A DNA stretch of 54,193 nt, from positions 1 through 54,193 of the IMG/VR virus record IMGVR_UViG_3300045988_021171; one strand, written 5' to 3'. Origin of the DNA: a virus. Shown here in pieces: positions 26,340 through 35,414 of the stretch. Each line of letters starts with the position of its first letter. The first letter of the stretch is position 1. A program made the position numbers and the translations under genes. Below the pieces are notes generated by a model, which saw only the letters and a program-made list of their open reading frames with translations, made no database searches and had not been told where the DNA came from.

Positions 26340-26709
26340 CTATAACCTCCTTCAATTTTAATCCTAAATCGGATGTAATAATCCCGTCGTTATGAATAGC
26401 ACATTCTAGAGCCTTAACAACACGGTCTCGGAGCTCTAGTACCCAGGTGTAATGGTATCCAATTTCCAAAGCAGCTTTCGTAACTGGAAGGTCATCTAAT
26501 ATACACTTCTGGAAAATAATTTGCTGACTTTCTGGGAAACATAATACCATATCATCTATACATTTTACAAAATGAGTCAAACTTTCTAATTCATTATCCG
26601 CATTGTGCGCGTGTTTAGAATTTAGATAGGCTATTCTAAGCTTCGCCCGTTTATAATCCTCTACAAACGCCTTGACACTAGTGGATAACTGTCTACGATT
26701 TTGAGACAT
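26320..26709 (-). CDS. Putative transcription regulator (ArpU / sigma region-4-like HTH)
   Basis: 129 aa. The C-terminal half LDDLPVTKAALEIGYHYTWVLELRDRVVKAL looks like a region-4-type HTH. The size is typical of ArpU/RinA-class late regulators. Confidence 0.3.
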   Translation of the reverse strand: MSQNRRQLSTSVKAFVEDYKRAKLRIAYLNSKHAHNADNELESLTHFVKCIDDMVLCFPESQQIIFQKCILDDLPVTKAALEIGYHYTWVLELRDRVVKALECAIHNDGIITSDLGLKLKEVIDGNCIN

Positions 26710-26992
26710 CTAGCGGCTCCTTATATTTAATTACACTGCATGTACATTTCATTGCTTTAATATGTCTTAGACTAACTACGCAATTTACTGCAATATACTC
26801 TCCGTTAATATCCGGATTGTATGGAGTCAGGATAACGGACCCTCCTCGCGAAGGGTCTGGGTCATCCATCACTAGTTCAACATAGTCCACTATGGCTTCT
26901 ATATCTTCCATACAATCGAATAACGCAGGTATTTCTATAGGTTTAGAATCGTTATGGTATTCAAATACCATTACTGCGCATATTCGTTCCAT
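26693..26992 (-). CDS. Hypothetical protein
   Basis: 99-aa ORF in operon context. No motif. Confidence 0.45.
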   Translation of the reverse strand: MERICAVMVFEYHNDSKPIEIPALFDCMEDIEAIVDYVELVMDDPDPSRGGSVILTPYNPDINGEYIAVNCVVSLRHIKAMKCTCSVIKYKEPLDVSKS

Positions 26993-26993
26993 G

Positions 26994-27383
26994 TTAGTCC
27001 TCCATCATTTGGGCTAATAACGGTGATAAGTCTTCTACTAAATCATTAGTATTTTCAATTGTTTGTAACTCTTTGCGGAACTGTTCAAGGTCGGTTGACT
27101 CCTTAGCGGCTTCTAATACAGCTTCACGGTAGGTTGCAAATTTAGCTTCCAGTAACGATTCACGAATTGCGTATGACTGAACTTCCTTGTTACTTAGATA
27201 GGCAATAGCGACCATCTTTTGGAAGTTCTCGTGGCCTTGATGCGCCATCTCGTCAATCCGTTTAGAAAACTCCTCTAATTCTTCGTAAGAGAATTTAATG
27301 TCAGTAGATTGCCCTTCTTGGTTACGTAACACAAATGATACATCAGCTGTCTCTTGTTCATTACAATGTTCACACATATTCAA
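26994..27383 (-). CDS. Hypothetical acidic protein
   Basis: 129 aa with RBS taggagg upstream. Helical and acidic. Confidence 0.45.
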   Translation of the reverse strand: MNMCEHCNEQETADVSFVLRNQEGQSTDIKFSYEELEEFSKRIDEMAHQGHENFQKMVAIAYLSNKEVQSYAIRESLLEAKFATYREAVLEAAKESTDLEQFRKELQTIENTNDLVEDLSPLLAQMMED

Positions 27384-27388
27384 TCCTC

Positions 27389-28657
27389 CTATGGACGTGG
27401 TCGGCGGCTTGGGGTAGGTTTCTTACGAGACGCACGTACGACAGTCTTTTCAACAGGCTTAGTCATTTCCTCGTACTCTTCCTTAGTAATAGGTTCCCAA
27501 GTTTCTTCGTCGTACTCTTCCGGCAAGCGTTCGCCTTTAGCTAATTTACCAGGTTTGCCGTCAAGAGTGTAGAAGAAGTCTTCCTCAAGTACCGGACACA
27601 TAGCATCTAAATACTCAAGTTCATCTACTAAAATGTCATCGCCGTTGTCCGGCTCATTGACGTCTTTCTTGTAGTAATAGTCATCAGCTTCGTTGTAGAA
27701 GTAGTATGTAGTTACTACAGGGTCTCCTGACTTAGCTCGTACACCTTTACGAGGTCGACGAATCTTGGAAGGTTTTTCCTCTTCCACTGGTTCCTCTTCC
27801 TTAACCTCTTCGGGTTCAGCTTCAGCTACCTTTTTACGTCGAGTGATACGTGCTACAGGTTCTTCTTGTTCAGCTTCCTGCTCTTCCTGTACGTCCTCTT
27901 CTTTAACTGCTTTACGGCGTCGACGAGTACGAGCTGGTTTTTCCTCTTCCTGCTCTTCCTCTACAGGTTCTTCCTTAACAGTTTTACGAGCACGCTTACG
28001 AACTGGCTTCTCTTCCACTTCTTCAACAGGTTCAGCTTCCTGCACTACAGGTTCGGTAGCATATTCAAAGGCTTCGTTTTCAACTACATACGTAGCGGCC
28101 ATATCTGCACGGTGTAACAAGAATGCAAGTGGGTTCCATTTAAAGGTTTCGCTACATGCGGCTAATGTAGAGTAAGGACTAATATCATATGCTCCCATGT
28201 GCCAGTAGATAGCTTGAGCCTCCATTTCAGTTAGCTGAATGAACTTCTGTAGGTAGTAAACAGATTGAGCTCCGTGTCCCATTTCAGGTTTCTGCTGGTT
28301 GTATTCGTAAGCGTCATAGGATTCCCATTCACCGTTCTCGTCCTTACGCCATTTTTGACCTAATACATAACGGTCAATCTTGCAGAGGTCGTGGAACAAT
28401 GCTACGATAGCTACGGTTTCCATAGAATATAGTTCAGTCCAACCTTCCCCTACCACATGGTCCATTTCCCAGACAAGTTGGTTGAATACGTTAAGGGAAT
28501 GTTCAAGCAATCCACCTTCATAAGAACCGTGGTATCGAGTGCTAGCTGGTGCTGTTAAGAAGTCGGTTTCATTAGTTACCCACTCTAAAAGGTTATCCAC
28601 CCCATCACGCTGAATATGCTTAGTAACTAGCTGCTTGAATGTTTTAATGTTCGTCAT
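27389..28657 (-). CDS. HD-domain phosphohydrolase with internal charged repeat region
   Basis: 422 aa. The N-terminal HD motifs are RYHGSYEGGLLEHSL, ALFHDLCK and LLHRADMAA. Residues 201-309 are alternating E-rich and K/R-rich repeats. Confidence 0.7.
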   Translation of the reverse strand: MTNIKTFKQLVTKHIQRDGVDNLLEWVTNETDFLTAPASTRYHGSYEGGLLEHSLNVFNQLVWEMDHVVGEGWTELYSMETVAIVALFHDLCKIDRYVLGQKWRKDENGEWESYDAYEYNQQKPEMGHGAQSVYYLQKFIQLTEMEAQAIYWHMGAYDISPYSTLAACSETFKWNPLAFLLHRADMAATYVVENEAFEYATEPVVQEAEPVEEVEEKPVRKRARKTVKEEPVEEEQEEEKPARTRRRRKAVKEEDVQEEQEAEQEEPVARITRRKKVAEAEPEEVKEEEPVEEEKPSKIRRPRKGVRAKSGDPVVTTYYFYNEADDYYYKKDVNEPDNGDDILVDELEYLDAMCPVLEEDFFYTLDGKPGKLAKGERLPEEYDEETWEPITKEEYEEMTKPVEKTVVRASRKKPTPSRRPRP

Positions 28658-28794
28658 TTTTGTTTTTCCTTTTCTTTATTGTAAATTTCCTGAATGGACA
28701 TAGTAGGTCCATATTGACTAATTAGGCTTTCTAGGTACCCTAAATTCCCGGCTAGGAATACTCGGGCTAGTTTTGTCGGTGATTTGTTACCCAT
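28654..28794 (-). CDS. Hypothetical 46-aa protein (below the ORF-track cutoff)
   Basis: Hand-translated MGNKSPTKLARVFLAGNLGYLESLISQYGPTMSIQEIYNKEKEKQK, with a strong RBS aaaggagg 6 nt upstream. Its stop overlaps the HD gene start (ATGA). Confidence 0.5.
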   Translation of the reverse strand: MGNKSPTKLARVFLAGNLGYLESLISQYGPTMSIQEIYNKEKEKQK

Positions 28795-28815
28795 TGGCTC
28801 CTCCTTTACTTAGTT

Positions 28816-28845
28816 TAATATACACCGAATTTATCGAATTGGTTT
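28816..28845 (-). promoter_or_regulatory. Conserved class-II promoter-like motif
   Basis: Minus strand: TAAACC-aattcgataaattcGGTG-TATATT with an 18-nt spacer, upstream of the 46-aa ORF and the HD gene. Confidence 0.5.
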
Positions 28846-29737
28846 ACGACAATTCAAAAAGTTTTAATAAGCAAATTTGAACACCTGTCACATCTGTATA
28901 TAGTCCGGACTTAATACCTTCGACTATGTCCCCAATAATTACCATTCCTTCAAAAGCCGAATCTAATGAGTAATTAAAGTTCGACCTAATTTGATTAATA
29001 GTGAATTGTTTAATACCTACAGTAGATTCTTTAGCGTTATCCGTACCTAATATTCGACTTGCGGCGCTGAATTGATTGTACAGTAATGTAAGAAACCCTA
29101 GTACGTTTTCCTGCTTACTTAGTAGGGTATTGACGTGTTCGAAAGATTGTGTAGGTCGGTAACTAATAACACACTTAACCGCTTCAAAGATTTCGAACTC
29201 AAGTTCTCGGTAAATTAACGAATCTACTGCCTCTTCTGTAGGTAAGTCTACTCGACTAATCTTATCAAGTTCGTTTTCAATTCGCGAATAATCTCGGTCA
29301 CAAGCTTCGATTACATACTCTAGGATAGGTACTGTACAGTTAAATTTCCTAGAAAAATGGTTCACTAGTTGAGGTGTTGTCATTTTATCGAACATGACTA
29401 CATTGTTAGCAAACTGTTTTAAGAATTTACTACGCGAGTCTAATTTAGTGTACATGAGGATAAGCGTACCGTACTTAATGTCCTCTAAAACTTTCCAGCG
29501 GGATTCATTGGATATAAACTCCTTGTCGTCCCTTACTGCGTAAACACGATTAGTATTTACAATAGAGCGTTGAGTTAATGGACGTATAACACTAGCTACA
29601 CTACTTTCGCGAATAACAGGTGACTGTATATGACCTAGGTATACATTCATAAGCCCAATCTCTTCGCCAGTGAAGATGTAAAAAGGAAGTAATCTATCTT
29701 CTCTAATATGAGTCATAAACTCCATTAAATTAGCCAA
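28844..29737 (-). CDS. Clamp-loader delta-like subunit (HolA-like)
   Basis: 297 aa. The N-terminus (LLPFYIFTGEEIGLMNVYL) resembles the HolA start. It is the third of three consecutive clamp-loader-type genes. Confidence 0.5.
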   Translation of the reverse strand: MANLMEFMTHIREDRLLPFYIFTGEEIGLMNVYLGHIQSPVIRESSVASVIRPLTQRSIVNTNRVYAVRDDKEFISNESRWKVLEDIKYGTLILMYTKLDSRSKFLKQFANNVVMFDKMTTPQLVNHFSRKFNCTVPILEYVIEACDRDYSRIENELDKISRVDLPTEEAVDSLIYRELEFEIFEAVKCVISYRPTQSFEHVNTLLSKQENVLGFLTLLYNQFSAASRILGTDNAKESTVGIKQFTINQIRSNFNYSLDSAFEGMVIIGDIVEGIKSGLYTDVTGVQICLLKLFELS

Positions 29738-30569
29738 TTTCGTGTACCTCCTTGATTAGCTTATTAATCGCGAATAACTTGTTCCGTCCCTTAGTACTTA
29801 CAGAACCTAAACAGATTGCAAGTTTTCGAAGAAGTGCATAGTTTCGAACAAGTGTATCAGTATCTAAAATGTTACGATTTTGCGTACCTATGTAGTTCAT
29901 ACATAGCTCTAAAAATAGTTCAGGTATGAGCGTATCCTCTGCGGTGTCCGCATCCTTAAAACGGAACCAGTCAGCCATCTTTAGGGCGTTACTAGAGGAA
30001 GCTTCAAAGATGTTGTCGTAAAAGAATTGAACCTTTTCTAAATACAATTCTAGTCCCTCTTTGCCGTACTCCGTTATCACTTGGTTAACTTGTCCAGGAC
30101 TACTGAATAGGGTACTAAGAGGTATAATGTCACGTACACCTTTCACATAGCGCTCTAGGTAGTACGCAACTTCGTCGCAGGAATACGGTAGTAGGTTAAT
30201 AACCCACGACCTGGAGATTAGTGTATCTAATACGTCACCTTCTGTGTAGGCCAGTAGACATAAGTGAACATTCTTAGGCGGTTCTTCTGTTACCTTTAGC
30301 AGACTGTTTTTAGCGCCTACTGACATTCCCGACATCCGGGTAACGAATAAAGTAGGCTGGGCTAGACTCGAACTAAGTTCAATCATTTCCCGAATGCTGT
30401 CTACCTTGTTATCAATAAATACACAATTATACCCTAATTCCTCGCAGATATACCGCGCAAACGTGCTCTTACCGCTCCGTTTAGGTCCAATAATGACAGT
30501 ACAGTTAGGTAAGGACTTGCGGCGTTTTACGAACTCTTTAGCCTTACCTTGGCCGATGAACTTAATCAT
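29730..30569 (-). CDS. Clamp-loader delta-prime-like AAA+ subunit
   Basis: 279 aa with P-loop IIGPKRSGKST, then VTEEPPKNVHLCLL and SRSWVINL (sensor-like). It is adjacent to the dnaX-like gene. Confidence 0.6.
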   Translation of the reverse strand: MIKFIGQGKAKEFVKRRKSLPNCTVIIGPKRSGKSTFARYICEELGYNCVFIDNKVDSIREMIELSSSLAQPTLFVTRMSGMSVGAKNSLLKVTEEPPKNVHLCLLAYTEGDVLDTLISRSWVINLLPYSCDEVAYYLERYVKGVRDIIPLSTLFSSPGQVNQVITEYGKEGLELYLEKVQFFYDNIFEASSSNALKMADWFRFKDADTAEDTLIPELFLELCMNYIGTQNRNILDTDTLVRNYALLRKLAICLGSVSTKGRNKLFAINKLIKEVHEIG

Positions 30570-30570
30570 A

Positions 30571-31599
30571 TCAATCCTCCTGCGTCATTAATAATATCTG
30601 TGCTTCGATAATAGGTTTAGCGTTGGGTTCCCATTTAATAGTAGAGTTCAAAGAGTTCATTTCTTCTAACATCCATAGTAAGATAGAGTATCCAGTAGAA
30701 TTTCTAATGTCCGCTAAATCTTCTTCTAAATGGTCCGGTAAGTTAGTAAGCTCTAAATCCTTCGTTAGGAAGTACTTACATACATCGACTAAGAAGTTAG
30801 TGTAGTTACGCATGGTTAGTTTAAGGTCCTTACCGCTCATGTGGAACTCATCTAATAGTTTCAATGCGTCTGACGTACTATTAGATAGGATAGTGTTAGT
30901 TAAGTTTACGAACGTTTCGTAATCAGGAGTGCCCAAAGCATCAGCTACTTCCTGAACAGTTACGTAGTCTGTGTAATCTAATACTTTTTCTAGACGTGTA
31001 ATAGCGTCTCGCATCCCACCATTTGCTAATTTAGCAATGAACCGTAAAGCCTCAATATCATAGTCGTACGAAGCTCCTTCAGCGTTCTCGGACTCTAGGA
31101 TATACTTAAGCTGGCTAACAATGTCGTCAACGCTAATTCGAGTAAAGTCGAATCTCTGAACTCGGGACATGATTGTAGCTGGAATCTTTTGAGGGTCAGT
31201 GGTACATAGAATAAAGATAGTACCTGTAGGAGGCTCCTCTAGTGTCTTTAGTAGGGCGTTAAATGCGCCTGTAGAAAGCATATGAACCTCGTCAATGATA
31301 TATACCTTGTACTTACTGTCTAGCGATTTAAACTTGCTGTCCTCAATAATGTCACGCACATTTTCTACACCGTTATTAGACGCTGCGTCAATTTCAATAG
31401 GAGTACCTTCCCCGTTATTTACCTCTTTTGCGAAAATACGAGCGGAGGTAGTCTTACCTGTTCCCGCTCCCCCACAAAATAAATAGGCGTGTTTAATCTC
31501 TCCAGTCTCTAATTGGTTCAGTAAAATCTGCTTTACATACCCTTGAGCTACTACGTCTTGAAAGGCTCTTGGGCGATATTTATTAGCTAAATTTATCAC
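30571..31599 (-). CDS. dnaX: DNA polymerase III gamma/tau-like clamp-loader ATPase
   Basis: The start is moved to the GTG at 31599 (VINLANKYRPRAFQDVV), with RBS aggaggg 8 nt upstream. Motifs are Walker A GGAGTGKTT, Walker B VYIIDEVHML, LEEPP and SRVQRFDF. Confidence 0.85.
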   Translation of the reverse strand: MINLANKYRPRAFQDVVAQGYVKQILLNQLETGEIKHAYLFCGGAGTGKTTSARIFAKEVNNGEGTPIEIDAASNNGVENVRDIIEDSKFKSLDSKYKVYIIDEVHMLSTGAFNALLKTLEEPPTGTIFILCTTDPQKIPATIMSRVQRFDFTRISVDDIVSQLKYILESENAEGASYDYDIEALRFIAKLANGGMRDAITRLEKVLDYTDYVTVQEVADALGTPDYETFVNLTNTILSNSTSDALKLLDEFHMSGKDLKLTMRNYTNFLVDVCKYFLTKDLELTNLPDHLEEDLADIRNSTGYSILLWMLEEMNSLNSTIKWEPNAKPIIEAQILLMTQED

Positions 31600-31958
31600 T
31601 AGCTTTTCCCTCCTGTAATCTTCAATAAATGAAGGGCCGTACCTTCTACCCATGGATGTGTATACGGTAAGCCCATTCCAGTATTTCCATCAAAGTCCCT
31701 AAATGCTTGGAACCATGCGGACTTCCTAAATTCTTTAGGATATTTTGTAATGAGGTCATATAGTTCATGACTCCATCTATCGTATTGTGCGTCAGTTACA
31801 ATATTCGTATTCTGCCGGTAGTATAAATTAGAGTGAACTAAGACTTGACGTTCCCTTTGGTTCATAAGTGTTAGTACTTTAGAATTGAGAGGTGAACGCT
31901 TTCTAGTTGTAGCTAATTTAGGACCTGTCGGCCGATTAAATAGTGTTCGTTGAACCAT
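31599..31958 (-). CDS. Small protein resembling the N-terminal Ia domain of NAD-dependent DNA ligase
   Basis: 119 aa. VHSNLYYRQNTNIVTDAQYDRWSHELYDLITKYPKEF parallels the LigA N-terminal pattern H..YY.....I.D.EYD....EL..LE..(H/Y)PE. No adenylation domain follows. Confidence 0.3.
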   Translation of the reverse strand: MVQRTLFNRPTGPKLATTRKRSPLNSKVLTLMNQRERQVLVHSNLYYRQNTNIVTDAQYDRWSHELYDLITKYPKEFRKSAWFQAFRDFDGNTGMGLPYTHPWVEGTALHLLKITGGKS

Positions 31959-31967
31959 GATTAGCCT

Positions 31968-33131
31968 CTACTGTTCTTCGTAAGTAATAGCTTCATGTAC
32001 TGCGGTCATAAGGTCATTGAATACTTCGTCATCAGTTCGTAGACGTTCTACAATACGAGCCTTACCTTGGAATTTTAAATCCTCGCCAGCACTATCTTGT
32101 AAAATTTCACCAGTATCTGGGTCAAGGATAGTGAACCACGCCCCACTCTTACCAACGAATCCGTATTCAATTCCTACGTCTACAAGGTCACTTTCTACTT
32201 GGATACCTTCATGGTAGGACAAGGTGTACTGAACTAATTTACGGTCAGGCTTAAAGGCTTTAGTTTTCTCGACAAAGGCTTCCACCATGTTACCTGCGGG
32301 GTTACGAGCGGACCTATTAACCTTTTCGCCCTTCTCGTCAATAAAGTCACCTTTACGGAACTTGATTCGAACCGCGCAAGCGTGTTTCCACATCTTACCA
32401 CCTGGAGTAGAGTAGGTGGAGTACATGCTATTTAGGTCTTCCCGTACTTGGTTAATACCTAAGAAAATAGCGTTGTATTTAGTAAGTAGTGGAGTTACTT
32501 TTCGACTGAACTCCGTTAACGGCGCTGAGATACCTGCGTAGGCTTTCTTGGTCAACTCCTCGTCCATCAAGTTCTGACTAACCATGTAAGGTAAAGAGTC
32601 TAAAACAATAAGACCTACTTCTCCTGTATCATACATATCTAGTACATACTGAAGGATCTCTTCTGCGGAATTATGTTCCGGACGTACAATCCAAAGGTTG
32701 TCCACGTCCACGCCCAATTTCTTAGCCCAATCTGTATCAAGTGTATTCTCTAAATCTAGATATACAATTTTTAGCGGTTCCTTATGGGCGTCTAGACGCA
32801 TTTGGATTTCCTTAATTTTAGTCTTGTTCGAACCTTTTGCGTTCTGTAACTCTTCTAACTTAGCGTTCAAATCCTCTTGTAACTGTTCCCACTCTTCCTG
32901 GAAAATGTACTGAGCGTTCTTTACGATATCCAATGCCGATGTAGTTTTACCACTAGACTCGGGTCCGAAGAACTCAATGACCCGCTTACGAGGAAGTCCT
33001 CCATACGTTTGATAGTTCATAATAGGAGTAGAGAACGGGATACGAGGTAAGTTCTCCCGTTCTAATCCATGTACAGCTACCAACGCCTTGGAATCCTTAT
33101 TCCAATCTTGCATAAGTTGTTCTAGCTTCAT
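31968..33131 (-). CDS. RecA/UvsX-family recombinase
   Basis: 387 aa. Walker A VIEFFGPESSGKTTSAL is almost identical to RecA GPESSGKTT, with Walker B-like LIVLDSLPYMV. Confidence 0.75.
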   Translation of the reverse strand: MKLEQLMQDWNKDSKALVAVHGLERENLPRIPFSTPIMNYQTYGGLPRKRVIEFFGPESSGKTTSALDIVKNAQYIFQEEWEQLQEDLNAKLEELQNAKGSNKTKIKEIQMRLDAHKEPLKIVYLDLENTLDTDWAKKLGVDVDNLWIVRPEHNSAEEILQYVLDMYDTGEVGLIVLDSLPYMVSQNLMDEELTKKAYAGISAPLTEFSRKVTPLLTKYNAIFLGINQVREDLNSMYSTYSTPGGKMWKHACAVRIKFRKGDFIDEKGEKVNRSARNPAGNMVEAFVEKTKAFKPDRKLVQYTLSYHEGIQVESDLVDVGIEYGFVGKSGAWFTILDPDTGEILQDSAGEDLKFQGKARIVERLRTDDEVFNDLMTAVHEAITYEEQ

Positions 33132-33622
33132 TAGAAATCTCCTGTACTTCCATGCCCCCCTCTAGCGTCGTTACCTAAAGTATCCACGAAGTTAAACTTC
33201 AGTTCAGGTTGTTTAGGTTGGATTCGGAATTGGGCAATACGTTGGTCGTAGAATAGTTCAGTGTCGCGGGTTGCGTACCAGACTGAGAACCACTCGTCTG
33301 TGTCCCCCTTGTACCCCTCGTCAATAACTCCACTAGAGACAAAGATTAGTCCTGTTTTCTTGAACAGACTTGAGCGAGGGTGGAGAATAGCTTCGTGTCC
33401 TTTAGGTAGTTCTAAAGCAAACCCGTGTGCAATTTTAATGCTTTCGCCCGCCTTAATAGGACAGACTTGAGCTTTTTGAAGAATGGTTCGACATTTCGAA
33501 ACTTGTTCCTTACTAGCATTGATTTCAGTAATGGAACTAGTTCGTACATCGACCCAATCTCCTGTGAATTTAAGTCGGTCCAATTTAGGGTCAATCATCT
33601 TTACGGCGATTTCTTTTTGCAT
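33131..33622 (-). CDS. dut: dUTP diphosphatase
   Basis: 163 aa with dUTPase motifs SGVIDEGYKGD and RGGHGSTGDF at the C-terminus. RBS aggag upstream. Confidence 0.85.
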   Translation of the reverse strand: MQKEIAVKMIDPKLDRLKFTGDWVDVRTSSITEINASKEQVSKCRTILQKAQVCPIKAGESIKIAHGFALELPKGHEAILHPRSSLFKKTGLIFVSSGVIDEGYKGDTDEWFSVWYATRDTELFYDQRIAQFRIQPKQPELKFNFVDTLGNDARGGHGSTGDF

Positions 33623-34163
33623 GTAATGTTACTCCTGTTGAATTATATTGTGTGAGTTCAATATCATTAAGTCTAAATTGGTGAACTCTTTTAAGGGAAG
33701 CTAATACTTTATCAGCTTGTTCCAGTTTAGACTGAACCTTTTTGTAGGCTCGTTTATAGGCAGTTTCGATAACAGACTCGTTCATAACTAATTTACGAGT
33801 TTCTGATTCTTTATCTGGAATTGTTTTACCGGCCGCAAACGCATATAAATCGTCGTACTTCTCACGGCGAATCGCAGCACTTGCGTCCATCTTAATACCT
33901 ACCAACTCGGCTCTGTCTGTAGTGAAGTACATAACAGTAGGAAGGTAGGTAATGAAATAGTTCAGATCTTCGGTAGTCATAGATTGAACGTCTGTAAGAT
34001 GTTCCTGGATTTTCTCCATCACATCGTCCAAAGGCTTCGTAGCTTTCTGAACTACTTCGTCCACTACGACATTGACAATTTCTCCATAATCTTCGGCGTT
34101 CTTCGAAGCTTCCGCAAGCTCGTCAAGTCGTATATCAATGTGCGGTAACTTAGCTCTACCCAT
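33591..34163 (-). CDS. Hypothetical helical protein
   Basis: 190 aa in operon context. No motif. Confidence 0.45.
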   Translation of the reverse strand: MGRAKLPHIDIRLDELAEASKNAEDYGEIVNVVVDEVVQKATKPLDDVMEKIQEHLTDVQSMTTEDLNYFITYLPTVMYFTTDRAELVGIKMDASAAIRREKYDDLYAFAAGKTIPDKESETRKLVMNESVIETAYKRAYKKVQSKLEQADKVLASLKRVHQFRLNDIELTQYNSTGVTLHAKRNRRKDD

Positions 34164-34644
34164 TAGCCTTGTCCGCTAAATGTCCCTTGAACGCTTTAAG
34201 AACATTTTCAATAGGGATAGTAAGTCGGGTACGCTTCTTTAGGTAAGGTACAGAATAACCAATATCTGCTTCTACTGAAGGATTAATACTCTTCTTCCCT
34301 TGATGTTTTAGACGAGTAAGGTCAGTCATAGGGTACCATTTAATCATAGCGTGCTTAGGGAAATAAACTAATACGCCACCTAAAGCATACGGACATTGAT
34401 CAGCTAGGAATAATTCATTCCATTGATGCTCACTAATATTGGAAAATGGTAAGGAACTAGAATGAGTAGTCTTTAGTTCAACGTAAACTGTCCCATACTT
34501 CGTCGCGGCTATAAAGTCACATGGATTTGCAACTCCTCTAAAGCCGTTCGTAGTATCGTACAGACGGGAAAATCTTGCGTGATTTCCGCAAAGATCTGCT
34601 CCCTTCCTAAAATCCTCCTCGAACATTTTACCCGTATAGGTCAT
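34156..34644 (-). CDS. recU: Holliday junction resolvase, RecU-like
   Basis: 162 aa. PCDFIAATKYGTVYVELKTTHSSSLPFSNISEHQWNEL matches the RecU D...E.K...(F/L)P..NI..HQ signature. Confidence 0.7.
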   Translation of the reverse strand: MTYTGKMFEEDFRKGADLCGNHARFSRLYDTTNGFRGVANPCDFIAATKYGTVYVELKTTHSSSLPFSNISEHQWNELFLADQCPYALGGVLVYFPKHAMIKWYPMTDLTRLKHQGKKSINPSVEADIGYSVPYLKKRTRLTIPIENVLKAFKGHLADKANG

Positions 34645-35414
34645 AAGCTACGTCCCTCCTTTCGGCAGTACGGACAGTAATTAGATGAACAATAGATCTT
34701 CGGGCTCTCCCCTTTCTCTACATACTCTTCGCAAGTAACTAACTTGTCCAATACCTCGTCCTTCATAGCGTCAGTAATGTGATAGGTGTAAGCCTTCTTT
34801 TCGAAGTTATCCCGGTTCTCGTACAAGAACAGTACATCGTCAACACCTAAACACATTCCATAGCAAGTAGCTTGCATCTTGTGCTCTGGGTAAGGTTCAG
34901 TATGCTTATTAAACTTGAACATGGTTTCAGTTTTAATTTCCATAATGTACACCTTACCACGCCATCTTACAAGTCCATCGCATAGGAACGATAGCTGAAG
35001 TAATTCATTCTTACACTTCGTCTCGTATTCATTCTTAACGAAGTTCTTGTCAACCTCAGTACCCTCTACAGGATTTTCCTCTAGGTATTCTGCTACATCT
35101 AACCACTCAAAATCTGGGTCAGTTTTGGACATCTGAACCATGTACTCCTGAAGGACTTCGTGTCTAAATGTACCAGCTTCCCCCATAGCAATTAGATTGT
35201 AACTAGCGTTATCTTGTAAAGCCTTACCTATTCGCTCGAAATACATCTTACGAATACATCCACCCACGCCACTTGGTTTATAGTAGGTGGATGGAGTGTA
35301 AGCCTTTTGGGTAGTTTCAATAACCTGAGTAAACTTGTCCACGAAATTAGCCGCAGGCTCATTTACTTTTTCAGCCGCTACCATTTTTGCAATTCTGGAC
35401 AGTTTACTAGCCAT
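34641..35414 (-). CDS. PD-(D/E)XK exonuclease (RecB/Cas4-like) with C-terminal Cys cluster
   Basis: 257 aa with an N-terminal Cys (GGCIRKMYF), a nuclease core LCDGLV...YIMEIKT and a C-terminal CSSNYCPYC, the Cas4-type 1+3 Cys arrangement. Confidence 0.65.
   Translation of the reverse strand: MASKLSRIAKMVAAEKVNEPAANFVDKFTQVIETTQKAYTPSTYYKPSGVGGCIRKMYFERIGKALQDNASYNLIAMGEAGTFRHEVLQEYMVQMSKTDPDFEWLDVAEYLEENPVEGTEVDKNFVKNEYETKCKNELLQLSFLCDGLVRWRGKVYIMEIKTETMFKFNKHTEPYPEHKMQATCYGMCLGVDDVLFLYENRDNFEKKAYTYHITDAMKDEVLDKLVTCEEYVEKGESPKIYCSSNYCPYCRKEGRSL

Noticed and set aside
26098-26361. An 87-aa plus-strand ORF lies opposite the small membrane and nuclease genes.
   Set aside because: It is antisense to two tightly coupled minus-strand genes, has no RBS or promoter, and has a Ser/Leu/Arg-rich off-frame composition.
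27765-28175. Plus-strand ORFs of 136 aa and 83 aa lie antisense to the HD gene.
   Set aside because: They are Ser/Phe/Leu-rich translations of the antisense of the GAA/AAG-rich charged repeat. They have no RBS and sit inside a well-supported gene.
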